A DNA stretch of 27,484 nt from a virus. Its lineage: Duplodnaviria; Caudoviricetes. The notes under the pieces are model-generated. The model was not told where the DNA came from. It did no database searches and was given only the letters and a program-made list of their open reading frames with translations. The stretch covers positions 1 through 27,484 of IMG/VR virus record IMGVR_UViG_3300033804_000009; one strand, given 5' to 3'. Positions 25,729 through 27,484 of the stretch are shown here, in pieces; position 1 is the stretch's first letter, and every line of letters starts with the position of its first letter. A program made the translations under genes and the position numbers.

Positions 25729-27484
25729 TTATCCTCCTTCAGGAACAGGTAGATTAGCTGTCCCGCCGGCTTTGTTACCGGCCTGGTCAAGGGTTTGTGG
25801 CCCCGGAAGCGGAGCCTTTTGTTGTTCTGCACCTGGGATCGGTTTAACGAAATCAGGATCCGGAATGATTTTCCGGACGTCGGGGAAGAGATCCTTTGCC
25901 GTCTCGATAAGGCTTTCTCTTCTTCCCTCAAGCCCCATGATCTGAAGGTCTTCCGGATTCGATGTGACCCTGAGAAATTCATTTCTTCTTGCGGCGAGAG
26001 CTTCTTTTGCCAGGAGCCAGGACGATCCCTTCGCGCGGATTGTCACCGCCCCGATATATTCAAGAGAATCATCAAGATCGTAATTCTCATAATAAAGCGC
26101 TTCAATGGCCGGGCCGATGATTTTAAGGTCTATCGTAAGGGCGACGTCCATGATGCCCTCGTCCTGCATCCCGGCGAACATACTAAAACCGCCGAGAGTG
26201 TTTCCAGCACCACCAACTTGCCTATCACCATGAGTAAAACCGGCTATCTGAGAATGGGTATCGCAAATTCTATCTGCCTCTCTCAAGACGGTAATAAGCT
26301 CTTGGGCGTGCATTTGAGGTTGATAGAATTGCATAAAAGGTTCTTTTGAAGAAGAAAAAGTTTGACGAATGAATCTCCAAACTCTCCACGCCCACATTTT
26401 TGTTGAATCCTGTCCGGGGGCGAGAGCTTGCGTATCTAATGCCACTTGTGGTCCCGAGGCAATGGCGACATTATTTTGGATAGCCCTTCCTGTCGAGTTT
26501 GAAAGGGTTTGCCCGTCTACCATCGTTTCCGGGACTCCCCGGCCCCAAAAGGTTCCTTTTTCTTCGACATAGGAGGCTTTATAATAATATTTCAAGCCGA
26601 GGGGATTTTCGTTGATTGAGATTTTAAGGATCCAGCGGTCGATCATCCAGACCGTTACCGGATAAACCAAATCGGGATCTATCTCGTGGCCCAAGAAATC
26701 AGCGGTTTTTTTATTTTCTTCGATCTGGATCCCAGCCCATTGAAGAATGTATTTCCCTGGGATAGCATCATGCATTTCAAGGCAATCGATCTTAGACCAA
26801 TCGTAGTAGTACGCTGTTTCCCTACCTTCCGCTTCGGCCCGCCTGATTTCATCCGAATCCCAGGTCCATTGATGTAAACCCTTATCGGCGAAGTGTTCCA
26901 ATACTTCACGAACAGCAACTTCGTCGAATCCTTCGAGACCGATCATGTCTTGAATATCGGTTTTTTCGTAGCGTATGATTTCAAAAAGGCCGCCTTTGTT
27001 GATCTCGGTAACACCTGCAAATGGGAAAATATCGAAAGGAGAAGGAGCTTCCCACATGGGGATGACTTTTTTCTTAACAACTTTTCGTCCCTTGTGAGTT
27101 TTTGGATCCTCTTCGATTGTCACAACGGTTTTCTTCCGATATATCGGACCCTTTAAGAATCCAGCCTTCAAGGTGACGATGTCTGCCAGACACTCATTAA
27201 CGGCCTTATAAAAACCGCCTTCGATAAGCTGGTCGTCCATTTTTTCTTCCATCGCTTCGCATTTATCTTCGGCCATTTCTCTTTGGATGCCTTTGTATTC
27301 CTTCTTAAATTTTGGGAGGGCTTCGGCCATTATTGATGGAAGGTATTCTGGATCTTCAAGGCGTTCTGGCGGAAGTTTCTCAATAAAGCTTTCAAGCTCT
27401 TTCATGAAGATAAGTTGGGACTGTTTTTCCATTTCTGGGGTGAGTTCGACAAGCGGTGGAGGCTCTATGGTCCAACATTTATCA
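25729..27484 (-). CDS. Portal protein (5' end outside window)
   Basis: The frame stays open upstream of the tracked ATG to the window edge (DKCWTIEPPPLVELTPEMEKQ). Motifs MEEKMDDQLIEG, PSPFDIFP, FWGRGVPE and NNVAIASGPQV are typical of podovirus portals. Position upstream of scaffold and MCP. Confidence 0.85.
   Translation of the reverse strand, partial: DKCWTIEPPPLVELTPEMEKQSQLIFMKELESFIEKLPPERLEDPEYLPSIMAEALPKFKKEYKGIQREMAEDKCEAMEEKMDDQLIEGGFYKAVNECLADIVTLKAGFLKGPIYRKKTVVTIEEDPKTHKGRKVVKKKVIPMWEAPSPFDIFPFAGVTEINKGGLFEIIRYEKTDIQDMIGLEGFDEVAVREVLEHFADKGLHQWTWDSDEIRRAEAEGRETAYYYDWSKIDCLEMHDAIPGKYILQWAGIQIEENKKTADFLGHEIDPDLVYPVTVWMIDRWILKISINENPLGLKYYYKASYVEEKGTFWGRGVPETMVDGQTLSNSTGRAIQNNVAIASGPQVALDTQALAPGQDSTKMWAWRVWRFIRQTFSSSKEPFMQFYQPQMHAQELITVLREADRICDTHSQIAGFTHGDRQVGGAGNTLGGFSMFAGMQDEGIMDVALTIDLKIIGPAIEALYYENYDLDDSLEYIGAVTIRAKGSSWLLAKEALAARRNEFLRVTSNPEDLQIMGLEGRRESLIETAKDLFPDVRKIIPDPDFVKPIPGAEQQKAPLPGPQTLDQAGNKAGGTANLPVPEGG

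Noticed and set aside
25503-25982. 159-aa minus-strand ORF overlapping the portal end and the 141-aa gene
   Set aside because: Alternative-frame overlap of two better-supported genes, with implausible composition.
1-27484. CRISPR array, tRNA genes, stop-codon reassignment, long-tail genes (tube, sheath, tape measure)
   Set aside because: No regular repeat-spacer pattern or cloverleaf seen in the short intergenic gaps. Genes tile densely under the standard code using all three stops. No recognisable tube, sheath or tape measure gene.

Overview
The window is the virion morphogenesis operon of a tailed dsDNA phage or prophage with podovirus-like organisation. About 23 tightly packed genes are on the minus strand. 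In transcription order (right to left) they encode: portal (cut by the window edge), three small proteins, scaffold, major capsid protein (MCP), a decoration-like protein, a beta-helix protein, two paralogous adaptor-like proteins, several fibre or appendage proteins, a nozzle-like protein, further tail proteins, three probable ejection proteins (427, 622 and 1916 aa) and a holin-like membrane protein (cut by the edge). The main result is not in the ORF track: the MCP gene is split by an 878-nt group I intron (22625-23502). Its P1, P3, P4, P6, P7, P8 and P9 helices can be read from the sequence, and splicing restores a 344-aa capsid protein. The P8 loop carries an HTH-HTH-HNH endonuclease gene in ANTISENSE orientation, the only credible plus-strand gene here. 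It has its own sigma70-like promoter, and its 3' end runs across the complement of the ribozyme core. All protein family calls come from motif recognition and gene order, not database searches.
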